From IMG/VR virus record IMGVR_UViG_3300020576_007701: a DNA stretch of 64,000 bases; one strand, written 5' to 3'. Of this stretch, positions 9,784-20,365 are shown one piece after another (position 1 is the first letter of the stretch; each line of letters starts with the position of its first letter). A program made the position numbers and the translations under genes. The DNA is from a virus (lineage: Duplodnaviria; Caudoviricetes). Under the pieces are notes generated by a model. That model was not told the DNA's origin. It did no database searches and saw nothing but the letters and a program-made list of their open reading frames with translations.

Positions 9784-11634
9784 ATGGCTACTCCACAAGT
9801 AAATTATTTAAGTAGAGATTATTCTTCAATAAGAGAAGATCTTATAAATTATTTAAAAGCATTTTTCCCAGATCAATGGCAAGATTTTAATGTTGCCTCT
9901 CCTGGAATGGCGTTATTAGAATTAAATGCCTATGTTGGAGATATACTTTCTTATGTGGCAGATAAAAAATTTAATGAACTTTTTATTGATGGAGTTATTG
10001 AAAGAAAATCTGCTTATAGATTAGCTAAAACTTTAGGTTATAGCATACCAGGAGTAAGGCCAGCTTTAACATTAGCTCAAATTACAATTGAAGTACCTGT
10101 AACAGCTAACGGTCCAGATCCTGATTATTTACCTTTATACAGACCAGGTGTCCAAATAAAGGGTGCTGGGCAAGTATTTGAAACAGTTTCAGAAGTAGAT
10201 TTTTCAAGAGATTTTAGCGAAACTGGAGATCCAAATAGAATTATACAACCTATTCTTAACGGAAATCAAGATTTAATAAGATATCGTATTATTAAACAAG
10301 AAAAAATAAAAGCAGGCGTTACAAAAATTTTTAAAAAGGAAGTAACAGCAGATGATGCTAAACCCTTTTTTCAAATTACTCTTCCAGAAAATAATGTTTT
10401 AGAAATTGTAAGTCTTATAATAATGCCATCTCTTGGAATAAACACAAATCCAACTTATGAAGATTTTAATGACTTTAGTTTAAAGTTTTGGGAAGTAGAA
10501 TATTTACCAGAAAATTTTTTATTTGTTGAAGACGGTACAGTGACCGCAAGTGATTCTTATAAAAGAGGAACCTATATGGAAGTGGAAAAAAGATTTATAA
10601 AAGAATTTTTAACCGATGGTACATGTAAAATAACCCTTGGTGGCGGAACTTCAGATTACAATGCATACTCAGATTATCTAGATGCTTTGTCAGGTGAAAA
10701 ATGTCCACCAAACGAGTTAAGTGTTTCAACGGTTTTAAATAACAACGCTCTTGGTGTTATGGTTCCACCAAACTCAACAGTGTTTATAAAATATAGAGTT
10801 GGTGGAGGTTCTTTGAGCAACGTCGGATCAAACACACTTCAGGAAGTTGGAAATATAGATGCAATTATAACTGGCGCTGACCCAGTTGCAAATCAACGTG
10901 TGATTTCTTCTACCAGAGTTAATAATCCAGTACCTGCTATAGGTGGAGTTGGTCTTCCAAGTGTAGAAGAAATTAAATATAATATTGCAGCAAATTTTGC
11001 AAGTCAAAAAAGGTGTGTAACTCTTGAAGATTACATATCTAGATCTTATCAAATGCCTGGAAAATTCGGAGCTCCTTTTAAGGTTCACGGACAAATTGAA
11101 GACAATAAAGTAAAGCTTTATATTTTAACAAAGAGTTCTGATGGCACACTTATATCAAATTCTACTTCTGATATAAAAAATAATTTAGCTCAATTTTTAA
11201 TGCCATATAGAATGATTAATGATTATGTGGAAATTAATGATGGCAAAGTTGTCAATCTGCAAGTTGAAGTAGATCTTTATGTGAATAAAGATTTTAATGT
11301 GAACGAAATAAAAGCCAACTGTATTGCTATGGTTGCAGACTTCATGGACATTAACAAATGGGAAATGAATCAAAATATTTATATTTCACAAATCACTGAT
11401 ATATTAAGAGAGGTGCCAGGTGTTATAAACGTTGTTGATATTAGATTTTTTAACATGGAAAGTGGCGGATATTCTTCCACTCTTTGCTCACAGGCTACTG
11501 GAAATAGAACCATTACAAATGCGGGTGGTTTTAGAACACAAATAGAGTACATTGATAACTCTATATTCGGTTCTCCATTAGCTATGTGGGAAATAAAAAA
11601 TACCTCATCCGATATAAGATGTAGGGTTGCGTAA
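9784..11634 (+). CDS. Baseplate wedge subunit, gp6/J-like
   Basis: RDYSSIREDLINYLK...QDFNVASPGMALLELNAYVGD, YRVGGGSLSNV and QKRCVTLEDY. Confidence 0.85.
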   Translation: MATPQVNYLSRDYSSIREDLINYLKAFFPDQWQDFNVASPGMALLELNAYVGDILSYVADKKFNELFIDGVIERKSAYRLAKTLGYSIPGVRPALTLAQITIEVPVTANGPDPDYLPLYRPGVQIKGAGQVFETVSEVDFSRDFSETGDPNRIIQPILNGNQDLIRYRIIKQEKIKAGVTKIFKKEVTADDAKPFFQITLPENNVLEIVSLIIMPSLGINTNPTYEDFNDFSLKFWEVEYLPENFLFVEDGTVTASDSYKRGTYMEVEKRFIKEFLTDGTCKITLGGGTSDYNAYSDYLDALSGEKCPPNELSVSTVLNNNALGVMVPPNSTVFIKYRVGGGSLSNVGSNTLQEVGNIDAIITGADPVANQRVISSTRVNNPVPAIGGVGLPSVEEIKYNIAANFASQKRCVTLEDYISRSYQMPGKFGAPFKVHGQIEDNKVKLYILTKSSDGTLISNSTSDIKNNLAQFLMPYRMINDYVEINDGKVVNLQVEVDLYVNKDFNVNEIKANCIAMVADFMDINKWEMNQNIYISQITDILREVPGVINVVDIRFFNMESGGYSSTLCSQATGNRTITNAGGFRTQIEYIDNSIFGSPLAMWEIKNTSSDIRCRVA

Positions 11635-11642
11635 ATTTAAAT

Positions 11643-14600
11643 ATGACTACAGAAGAAATTTTATATAAAACATCTAGGACTGGAACAACAGTATTTTATT
11701 TTGTTCCAAATATTAGCGAAGGTCAAATTCCAGATTTGGTTGATTTAACTTGGGTTACATTAAATGGAAATGGCGCACCATTGGAATACGGATATTTTAA
11801 AGATTCTAACGAAATTTGGATAAATAAATTAGTTAATTCTTATTATATAAACTCCCAATTAAGCGCCACATCTACTATACACATAACTGGTTATAGTAAG
11901 GTAGAAATATTTAATACAAAAATAGAAGACAATCAAAAAGCAAACATTAAAAGTAAATTTACCAATGGTGTTTCAGAAGTTTATAAAAACGAAATAATAC
12001 AATTTAACAATAATGCCTCAGAAGATCTAAAATCTTCTTTGTTAGACCCATTAGCCACATCAAGTCAAATACGCTCTTCTTCTGAATTTATCACCCAACA
12101 GAATAGTAATTCTACTTCTATTTTATTAACACCAATAGTTATCTTTAATAATGCGTTGATAGACGATATGTTTGCAAACATAAAATTATCTAGAACTTTT
12201 GAAACTCTAGATACTTTAAAAGTTTATAATAAAACAATAAACAGCATACCATCTCAAGAATCTTCCACTGGTATTCTTTATGGAAAATTAGAGGCTAAAC
12301 AATTAATAAAAGATTCAAAAGGCAACAACATCAAGATTCCGCTAAGAAATGTTCCAATTGGAATTTTTAACCCAGATGATGAATTCCCGACACCTTCTTC
12401 TATAAATGACGATGGAGATAGAATGTTTCTTAATATAAAAGAAAATGCTAAAAATGATTTATATTTCGATTCTATTGCTTATGAACTTGATCAAAATTTT
12501 TTAAGGTCTGCTTCACAATTTAATACTGTTCCATCTAAATTTAAGCACATAACAATAACAAATGATAATGGCGAATTTTTTATTTATGATGCTCCAATAG
12601 GAAATAAAATTTTAGTTTTTGAAGTAGATTTATTTAAGCAAGGTTTAACTTATGATGAAATTGTTTTAAATAATTTTCCATTTCCAATAAACGAGGGTAT
12701 ATCCAACGGACAACTACCTTGTTATTATTATAATCAAGTGCCAGTAGATATTGTTTCAACATGGGGAACCAACCAAACTGGTTATACAGAATTAGATGTA
12801 TCTGTTAATTTAGATTTAAGAAAATGGACCACATACATATTTGCACCTGGAGCATTTGGAAAAGAAAAATTAGAAATAACAACAGCTAAGAATGCGGCAA
12901 ATACATTAAAAATCGAAGTTAGAGATATGACCCTTGAAGGGTTTCCGACAAAATCTGTAACAGTTGCACAAATAGCTGATGATTTAGATAGAAAACCAAA
13001 CTCTAGATATAATTGGACAAACGAATTCACTGATCAAAAAAGCAAGTTGCAATATGATCAATTTGGGTGTCATGTTTTAAAATTGCCAGCTAATTTATAT
13101 GACCCAAATGGTTACAGAACAGATCTTGATGGCGTTCCAACAAATCAAAAAGGTGTGTGGTTAACAGCATATCAATTTAAAACTTATATAAATGAAGTTA
13201 TTTGTTATAGAACAACTGGTGGTTTTTTAAATCCTGGAAACAACTTTTTTTATAGTCATTTTGACTTAAACTACACTGGTTCAATTACTGGTAATGGTAC
13301 TGCGCCAATTTTTGGTTTGGGCCTTGGAACATCCATTTATAGTAAACCTTGGTCTATATCTTTTCCAGAACCATATAAAATAACAAAAAAACCAATTGCG
13401 CAAAGATATTTTGGAGGCGATCAGAGAACAATAAAATCACCTTATATAGTTGAAGAGCCTTGGTATAGCGATGGAGATCTTGTTGGTGTTATGGTAGACC
13501 CAGCTAGTGGTAATTCTGCTAACGCTGGTGGATTCGGCCTTCAAAACTCTGTAACATTTGGCAATTATGTAATTAATAGAATAGGTCAAGTTGCAACAAA
13601 AAATTATATGTATAAATATGAAAAAGAGGTTGCTTGGAACGAAACTTACGCAAACGGTTTTCAACCTTTTTGGACTCAAGCAAGAAAAGGACCCTATGAT
13701 TCTACAACACCAAATGATCCTAAAATGTTGTTGGCTGGAATGTCATCTGTAAACAATGGAGAAAAATACCAAAGATTAGAATGTGGTTATGGGTATTTTA
13801 TGAAATATCGTGAATGGCCTAGAGTTTTTAAAATAGAGTGGGGAGCTGATTTTTATTATATGCCAGATACAATGTGGGCTGATGGTCCAACTGGAAATAA
13901 AGGTGCTCTTGATGGCCCAGAAGATAATCCAGGCCCAGGATACACATTGCCTCAAACTTATAACAATAATGGCTTTTCATCGTATCAACCATGGATAAAC
14001 CAAATTTATAATTTAGAAAATAAAAATATTGTTTTTGCTTTTAACAATAAAACAGTTAGAAGAAACACTATTGATATTTATAGAATAGTAAAATCTGGAA
14101 CTGACAATATTAGTATCCCTCAAAATTTTGTTATATTAACTGCGACGAGAATAGATTTTGGACATGTTAATCGTGCGTATTCAGTTAAAATAACTAACGC
14201 TGGAGAAATTGACTCTGTTATGATTAACAGATTTAATGATAGAATTTGGATTGAAGGTGGCGGTATATCTGCAAGATATATATCTCCAGGTGATTCTTTT
14301 ACATTAAAACCAAACTCATATATTGTTATTGATGAAACAACTAGAGAGGGCTTTAAGCAAGATGTAAACTATTGTTTAGATTACACGGTTATAACTTTTC
14401 CTGGAAACGCTTCATTTAATGTAGAAACAAACAAATATGAAAAAGCTAATTATAATTTTAGACTTCTTGTAAATGGTAAGGTGGAAAAAGATAGTAAAAG
14501 ATTTAATGACGCTGGTGAGGCGTTAACATTTACAAATTATCCCCCTCAACTTAGTTTAGTAGCAAAGATAGCGCCAGATACACATGCGTTTTATTCTAGA

Positions 14601-14693
14601 CAATACGTTGACGACAAGGAGAGTCAAGGTATAAATGTTGACGGTCAAGCTAAGAAAAATGATAACAGAATTTATAGTATGATTCTTACTTAA
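11643..14693 (+). CDS. Large virion structural protein (baseplate-associated)
   Basis: 1016 aa, beta-rich, with an Ig/carboxypeptidase-regulatory-like segment (TITNDNGEFFIYDAPIG); follows the gp6-like gene. Confidence 0.55.
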   Translation: MTTEEILYKTSRTGTTVFYFVPNISEGQIPDLVDLTWVTLNGNGAPLEYGYFKDSNEIWINKLVNSYYINSQLSATSTIHITGYSKVEIFNTKIEDNQKANIKSKFTNGVSEVYKNEIIQFNNNASEDLKSSLLDPLATSSQIRSSSEFITQQNSNSTSILLTPIVIFNNALIDDMFANIKLSRTFETLDTLKVYNKTINSIPSQESSTGILYGKLEAKQLIKDSKGNNIKIPLRNVPIGIFNPDDEFPTPSSINDDGDRMFLNIKENAKNDLYFDSIAYELDQNFLRSASQFNTVPSKFKHITITNDNGEFFIYDAPIGNKILVFEVDLFKQGLTYDEIVLNNFPFPINEGISNGQLPCYYYNQVPVDIVSTWGTNQTGYTELDVSVNLDLRKWTTYIFAPGAFGKEKLEITTAKNAANTLKIEVRDMTLEGFPTKSVTVAQIADDLDRKPNSRYNWTNEFTDQKSKLQYDQFGCHVLKLPANLYDPNGYRTDLDGVPTNQKGVWLTAYQFKTYINEVICYRTTGGFLNPGNNFFYSHFDLNYTGSITGNGTAPIFGLGLGTSIYSKPWSISFPEPYKITKKPIAQRYFGGDQRTIKSPYIVEEPWYSDGDLVGVMVDPASGNSANAGGFGLQNSVTFGNYVINRIGQVATKNYMYKYEKEVAWNETYANGFQPFWTQARKGPYDSTTPNDPKMLLAGMSSVNNGEKYQRLECGYGYFMKYREWPRVFKIEWGADFYYMPDTMWADGPTGNKGALDGPEDNPGPGYTLPQTYNNNGFSSYQPWINQIYNLENKNIVFAFNNKTVRRNTIDIYRIVKSGTDNISIPQNFVILTATRIDFGHVNRAYSVKITNAGEIDSVMINRFNDRIWIEGGGISARYISPGDSFTLKPNSYIVIDETTREGFKQDVNYCLDYTVITFPGNASFNVETNKYEKANYNFRLLVNGKVEKDSKRFNDAGEALTFTNYPPQLSLVAKIAPDTHAFYSRQYVDDKESQGINVDGQAKKNDNRIYSMILT

Positions 14694-14698
14694 AAAAA

Positions 14699-15289
14699 AT
14701 GGACGATAAAAAGAAAATACTTTTAGGTGATTATGATATAATCTCAAAAGACAATGAAGACTTGTTTTTAAATGTAGAATTGCAACGTACCTTTTCTGAA
14801 GTAAAGCAAGAAAGGCACGATATAGTTTTTGATGTTTATAAACAATGGACAAAAGAAAGAAATAATTCTAGAGATTTTAGAATATATGGAATTATTGATT
14901 CTAATGTTGTTAATACTAATAATACAACTCTTGTTATATATTATGATAAGGATATTGAAGAGAGTAATTTTAAAGAAATACAAACTACAAGCCTAGTATA
15001 TGGCGGCTATAATGTGTATGGTTTTAAGAAGGGAAAATTTTTATTAGAATTACAAGATTACCCATATGATTTTGTACACATTAAGTTTTTAGGAGATGGC
15101 GTTAATACAAACGATCAGTTTTTTACTCAACAACTTGTTTTTAGAGATGCCGAGCAAAGTATAATAGATTATGGAACTCAATCTATTGAAATTGATGATA
15201 ATGGAAATACTGTTACTATCAATAACGATTTCTACTTCTTATACAATAAACACTGGATCAAAAAAGATTTAATTATCTCAAAGAAATAA
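14699..15289 (+). CDS. Putative structural protein
   Basis: 196-aa ORF in the baseplate operon. Confidence 0.55.
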   Translation: MDDKKKILLGDYDIISKDNEDLFLNVELQRTFSEVKQERHDIVFDVYKQWTKERNNSRDFRIYGIIDSNVVNTNNTTLVIYYDKDIEESNFKEIQTTSLVYGGYNVYGFKKGKFLLELQDYPYDFVHIKFLGDGVNTNDQFFTQQLVFRDAEQSIIDYGTQSIEIDDNGNTVTINNDFYFLYNKHWIKKDLIISKK

Positions 15290-15308
15290 AAGAACAATAT
15301 TTATTATT

Positions 15309-15833
15309 ATGGAATATTCTCTTGAGAACATACAAAAGTTTAAAATTTTTGCAAGAACCACACCAACCGATGATGTTGGTGGTTACAAATTTGTACACGA
15401 GGGAAATGTTAGAACTGCACAGTCAACACCGCAATTTGATTTTTTTATTCCATTAATGTTAACGAGAACTGGCAGTTTAAGTGAATATGTTGAGATTTTT
15501 AGAGATACAAGTATTTATAAAATAGAACGTCAAGAAGTTAATCCATGGTTTTTAGAATTTAGTTTTTTCGATTCTATTAAATACAACAAGCCAACTGTTG
15601 GTTCTGGTCTTACTCAGGTAGTTATTGATTATATAAGAAGAGCAATGCCAGAAACAGAAAGCATGAACAATGATCAAGTTAGAGTGTGGTTTGATACAGT
15701 TGGTTATAACGATTTACCTTGGTACAAAGGCCAATCAAATGAAATAACAGCAGATTTTTTAGATAAACTATCTTTAAACAATGAAGATATAGTTTCAAAG
15801 GCTTTTTTTAGAAAAATAGATATAAATAAATAA
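15309..15833 (+). CDS. Putative structural protein
   Basis: 174-aa ORF; TATTTAT at 15298-15304. Confidence 0.5.
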   Translation: MEYSLENIQKFKIFARTTPTDDVGGYKFVHEGNVRTAQSTPQFDFFIPLMLTRTGSLSEYVEIFRDTSIYKIERQEVNPWFLEFSFFDSIKYNKPTVGSGLTQVVIDYIRRAMPETESMNNDQVRVWFDTVGYNDLPWYKGQSNEITADFLDKLSLNNEDIVSKAFFRKIDINK

Positions 15834-16981
15834 TGCAAACGTTTCAAATACTATTAAATAAGTCTTATACATCTACAACCATAAGTCAAGTTAGCCAACA
15901 ACTAACAAATGAATATTATATGTATCAGACAAATAATGGCGGTGGAATTGTTAATTTTTCTAATGTTAGAGGTTTTTTAAATGATTCTAAAAACCAACAA
16001 ATTATTAATGACTTTTTTGCTTATTTAACTGGAAGCACAACTAAAGAGCAAACTATAAACATAGTAAGTTCCGATGAAAAATTGTCGAATGTTTTTAATG
16101 ATTATTATCAAAGATTAACTAAATCTGCTAGTACAAGAGCCAATTCATCAAGAGCAGACGATTTTTCAAGTTTAACAAGTGCGTTATCCGTGGATTCATC
16201 AAGCTCTCAAGGTTTTTCTATTACAATATTAAACAACAATGAGGGCTCTAGCAGTCCATCATCAGAATCCAATTCTTCACCAGTTTCAAACTTTAATACA
16301 TCAAATGTGTCTTTGGGTTCTGAGGTATCTGCAACGTCAGCTGGTTCTAATACTTCTGTTTCTCCAACATCACAAGATTCAAGTGCTGCAGTGTCAGCAT
16401 CAGCATCTGCGGATGTATATGGAGGACTTTCAGATTCTATACCACAAATTCCAAAATATAGCATGACTGCTACAATAGCAAAAAATTTAGCTGGTGGTTT
16501 TGGCTCTATTGAAAAAGTATTTTATCATGATTGGGCTAGCGAAATTTTCCAAATTGGAAGACCAAACCCAAATTTAATACCAGCTATAGCGATTAAACAA
16601 GAATTAACAGGTATTACACTAAGTATAGCAGGCGGCACGCTCTCTACAAGAACTAAAAATATATGGGTTGACACAACTTCAGAAGAAAGTTATTACATAC
16701 CAGTTTATCTTCAAAGATCTACAAATCAAATTTCAAGAAATAGTTATTCTGCAGATTTAATTATACTTCCAAAAAGAACACTATCTTCTTACCCAGAATA
16801 CAGCGGAATTACAGAAGGTTTAACTACAACGCCAACATCTACAAGAATAAGCACCATATTAGATTCTTTTGTGGATTTAAATATAGAGACAGATGAGTCT
16901 AAATTTTACGCAATAACAATCGCCCCAATTGCTGTTGCCGCAACTACTGGTGGAAATACGGCACCAACTGGAACCGCTTAA
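15833..16981 (+). CDS. Ser/Thr-rich putative structural protein
   Basis: 382 aa with a long low-complexity Ser/Ala segment (about 16130-16440). Confidence 0.55.
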   Translation: MQTFQILLNKSYTSTTISQVSQQLTNEYYMYQTNNGGGIVNFSNVRGFLNDSKNQQIINDFFAYLTGSTTKEQTINIVSSDEKLSNVFNDYYQRLTKSASTRANSSRADDFSSLTSALSVDSSSSQGFSITILNNNEGSSSPSSESNSSPVSNFNTSNVSLGSEVSATSAGSNTSVSPTSQDSSAAVSASASADVYGGLSDSIPQIPKYSMTATIAKNLAGGFGSIEKVFYHDWASEIFQIGRPNPNLIPAIAIKQELTGITLSIAGGTLSTRTKNIWVDTTSEESYYIPVYLQRSTNQISRNSYSADLIILPKRTLSSYPEYSGITEGLTTTPTSTRISTILDSFVDLNIETDESKFYAITIAPIAVAATTGGNTAPTGTA

Positions 16982-17066
16982 TTTTGTTTTTGTGCGATAA
17001 TTTACTATTATTAATAAAAAGTAATTATTTTTTCCTGTTATTTATAGATAAATTAATACAAAAAAC

Positions 17067-17942
17067 ATGGCTGTTGGAATTTATGGAAATCGCAAATTAT
17101 CAGACGTATCTGAATCAGATGTAGATATATTTTATGCTTATAGCCCAGATAGAAATACTTTGGGCGACACGCAATTTGTACCACTCTTTAATTCAGTAAC
17201 CACAAATGAATTTAGAAAAATGCTTGGGGCAGATGGCGGATATAAATTGAGATTGCCAGCTAGTACTTTTAATAAACTAGGTTTTTATACAGTTTTGATT
17301 AAACCAAAAGCTTTTGAAACGACAATATTAGATTGTAGTTTCATTGTCACAAACACAAACCAAGAATTACAAATTTCGAAGAAAGGAATTATAATACCAA
17401 AGCTACAATTTCAAAGCGCAGGAAGTCTTGTTGGATATCAAATTGAATACTTTAACACGAATGGTGAAAAAATAAGAAATTTTCATAGAATAGTTACTAG
17501 CAGCGATCTTGTTAGCATAAGCTCAAATAGTAACTCTTCTAGCCCAAGTTCCACATCTTATTTTTTAGATCCAAATGGTACACAATTATTTTTAACTTTG
17601 ACACCAGATGAAGTATCTTTAATTACAAATCAAACAAGTCCAGATCTTGGAATTAAAGGGCAAAAAATAATAATTTCAAATACCTTTTTTGACCCAGCCT
17701 TGTTAGAAGTTGAAATGGTTGATCAAACGATTAAGACACTTTCTTATGTTCTTTTGGGAAATGCTGTAAGAGATTTATCAAATGGAGTACTTTCAATATT
17801 TGATGACGCTGGAAATTTATATACACAATACAATCTTTTAACCAGAAAATCTACATTTAATAATGCTAATCTAGATATTAAAGAGAGACGTACAAACATA
17901 AATTTGAACGAGAATTATTTCAATACATCTCAAGGAATTTAA
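17067..17942 (+). CDS. Putative structural protein
   Basis: 291 aa, beta-rich; TATTTAT at 17039-17045. Confidence 0.55.
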   Translation: MAVGIYGNRKLSDVSESDVDIFYAYSPDRNTLGDTQFVPLFNSVTTNEFRKMLGADGGYKLRLPASTFNKLGFYTVLIKPKAFETTILDCSFIVTNTNQELQISKKGIIIPKLQFQSAGSLVGYQIEYFNTNGEKIRNFHRIVTSSDLVSISSNSNSSSPSSTSYFLDPNGTQLFLTLTPDEVSLITNQTSPDLGIKGQKIIISNTFFDPALLEVEMVDQTIKTLSYVLLGNAVRDLSNGVLSIFDDAGNLYTQYNLLTRKSTFNNANLDIKERRTNINLNENYFNTSQGI

Positions 17943-18316
17943 TATACTTTTCCTATAATGTACCAATTTTCACCAGTGCCAATAAAGGTTACTGATTCAC
18001 CTGGAAATAATACATACGGTGGAACAACGCCATCAATTTTCTTTCCGCCAGCTGTTATAACAGAAATTGTTGGTGTAGAATTATTGGCATTTTTCACAGT
18101 AATCATTCTTCCATTTGTTAATGTTGGCAATGTAATTGTTGATCCAGGATCTATACTAACAGCTAAAAAACCATCATTTAAATTAAAAGCATAAGCTCCA
18201 CCGACTACAGTTTTTAGAGCTATTCCATTAAAATTTGCTGTGCCAGAAAACGAATTATTCAAGGAAATGTTTCCTTGACGATAAGTAACTGCAGATAATA
18301 AAAGTTCGGTATTCAT
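17939..18316 (-). CDS. Short tail-fibre/tip-like protein (paralog of 18316..18684)
   Basis: TITLPT..NGRMITVKN...IDG...L.PGESVTF.....WYI beta-sandwich pattern typical of fibre distal domains. Confidence 0.55.
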   Translation of the reverse strand: MNTELLLSAVTYRQGNISLNNSFSGTANFNGIALKTVVGGAYAFNLNDGFLAVSIDPGSTITLPTLTNGRMITVKNANNSTPTISVITAGGKKIDGVVPPYVLFPGESVTFIGTGENWYIIGKVY

Positions 18317-18684
18317 TATATGTAAGCATTAGTTATATACCATTCAGCTCCACCATCACTTTGTAGTGTAACAGCCTGCAAAGGACTTAATGTAACACCA
18401 CTTCCAACACCATCTATTGATCCACTATCTGGAATTATATCCATAGTTCCAGCTCCATAATTTTTGCAAATTATTATTCTAAATTCCCCATTTGGAGCTG
18501 GTAAATATAAATTACCACCAGTTTGCACAATAAAAGTGTCGCCAGGCTGAATATAATATGTGCTTCCAGTAGATATAGTTTTTAACGCTATTGCGTTTAG
18601 ATTTGCCGTACCAGAAAAAGCGGCATTTATAGCAACTCTTCCTTGGTTGTAGGTGTATGCTGTTGATATTAATTCGCCATCCAT
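18316..18684 (-). CDS. Short tail-fibre/tip-like protein (paralog of 17939..18316)
   Basis: Shares the FSGTAN.N.IALKT and IDG...WYI motifs; TATTTAT on the minus strand at 18704-18698. Confidence 0.55.
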   Translation of the reverse strand: MDGELISTAYTYNQGRVAINAAFSGTANLNAIALKTISTGSTYYIQPGDTFIVQTGGNLYLPAPNGEFRIIICKNYGAGTMDIIPDSGSIDGVGSGVTLSPLQAVTLQSDGGAEWYITNAYI

Positions 18685-18720
18685 TTTTGTTTTTTTTATA
18701 AATATGAATAAAATAATAAA

Positions 18721-20364
18721 TTAGTAACCTACAGGTATTTCATCTGCTTTTGAACCCCAAGTGTCCAAAGCATTACCCCAAAGATTTGCAATACGGAAGT
18801 TGTAAGTTGTGTTTCCAGCTATAGCAAAATTCCTAGCTTCAGTTAAATAACCTCTATAGTTATTATAAATAGTATAATCACCTGGTACAAGACCAGAGTA
18901 AGAATAAGTACCAGCAGAACTTATAAATGCAACTAGAGTGCTACCGTTTGGCGTTATTAAAGTTGTTGTTCCACCAGAAACTAAACTTCCTGTAATTGTA
19001 CCACTAAGATAAAAAACAGAGAATGTGTTTTCGTAATCTAAAGAAGGTGGAACAACTGGGACTACATCAGTAGCTGTGTGAATAGAGTCTATTTCAACTA
19101 ATACACTACCGCTTAATGAAGTACTTAAAGTTTGTGCTGTATATGGTGAAGAAAACGCTACAACAGCCCTTCTAACATCAAATACGTCAATTATTTCTTT
19201 TGAATTTCCTATTCTGTAAATAAATTCAGTATTTGACTGAATAGGTATTTGTGTTGTGTAAACATTTTTTGTTGTAGAAGCTTGTGAGTCTACACCATAT
19301 GTAACGTTTTGTAAAACCTGTACATTGTCTAATGTTTTTTCTACAGTATAATCTACTATACTTGTTCCTGTAAAACCAGTGTTAAAAATATCATAGCAAA
19401 TTTGCACAACACACGAATCGGCCTTGTCTGAATTTGACCATCTAAATTCAGGTGTAAAAGTTGTAATATCACCCTGTGTAATTGGATATTCCATTATGGG
19501 TTGATCTGGTACTACAAAATATGTAAAAAAGTGTCCAGCAACATTTAGACCAAAATATGTTGATGCTGTAATTGAATGTATTTCAGAGCTTGTTTGCCCA
19601 GTAAAAACATCACTCCACGCCTCTGTAGCAATTGTTGTTCCAGTAGTTCCAGTTATTGTGTATTTATCTACATAATCTTTTTGAAGATTTAAATAGAAAA
19701 TCATTTTAGTCTTTAAAAAATATTGAGCTTTATCAGTAAGAGCCTCTTGTTTATATGAACCCAAACTTGTAATAAATTGTTTAATTGGAATATCATAAAT
19801 AGCCCCAGTTATACCAGTTGTAGAAGCCGTAATTGTACTTATCGGATTTTCAAAATAAGCTTGTATTGTAGATAAATCATTTGGTGTTAAAGGTTGTCCA
19901 AAAAACTTTTCAGGAATTGGAATTGGATTGTTACCAGATTTTAATGTTTCTTGATTTTCTAAAGCTTTATTTTTTGTTCCAGCTTTTGAATCTGTTGAAC
20001 TGGCAACGTCATTTTTGTTTACAAAACTTGGTTTATTAGTAATTTGATTATCACTGTAAAGTCTATGAACATCATAACTTAATTTGTAAAGTTCGTGCAC
20101 AAAAAAACTATTTCCGCTTAAACTAAAAGTATTAGATGTAAAAATAAATCTTAAAGGAGGATTACCAACATTTGTAAAAATAGATGTTGAATCTTGGTCA
20201 TAGTAATTTGGTGTTCCGCCGTAAGTAACATATTGAGGAACCCTAAACACATAAACGGGTGAGGTGCCATCATTTGCATCAGCAAAATTATTGTTATAAA
20301 ACACCTGAGACGCAGTTGTACTGTGTCCAGCTGTAATAGATCTTATTTCTTTATTTATTGGCAT
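18721..20364 (-). CDS. Structural protein with Fn3/Ig-like domains
   Basis: FTPEFRWSNS..A.S..VQI (Fn3-like) and C-terminal GTYSYSGLVPGDYTI (carboxypeptidase-regulatory-like). Confidence 0.55.
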   Translation of the reverse strand: MPINKEIRSITAGHSTTASQVFYNNNFADANDGTSPVYVFRVPQYVTYGGTPNYYDQDSTSIFTNVGNPPLRFIFTSNTFSLSGNSFFVHELYKLSYDVHRLYSDNQITNKPSFVNKNDVASSTDSKAGTKNKALENQETLKSGNNPIPIPEKFFGQPLTPNDLSTIQAYFENPISTITASTTGITGAIYDIPIKQFITSLGSYKQEALTDKAQYFLKTKMIFYLNLQKDYVDKYTITGTTGTTIATEAWSDVFTGQTSSEIHSITASTYFGLNVAGHFFTYFVVPDQPIMEYPITQGDITTFTPEFRWSNSDKADSCVVQICYDIFNTGFTGTSIVDYTVEKTLDNVQVLQNVTYGVDSQASTTKNVYTTQIPIQSNTEFIYRIGNSKEIIDVFDVRRAVVAFSSPYTAQTLSTSLSGSVLVEIDSIHTATDVVPVVPPSLDYENTFSVFYLSGTITGSLVSGGTTTLITPNGSTLVAFISSAGTYSYSGLVPGDYTIYNNYRGYLTEARNFAIAGNTTYNFRIANLWGNALDTWGSKADEIPVGY

Positions 20365-20365
20365 T

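Noticed and set aside
14685-14701. Programmed frameshift at the A-run joining 11643..14693 to 14699..15289
   Set aside because: The A-run lies at and after the TAA stop and looks like the usual A-rich leader of the next ATG.
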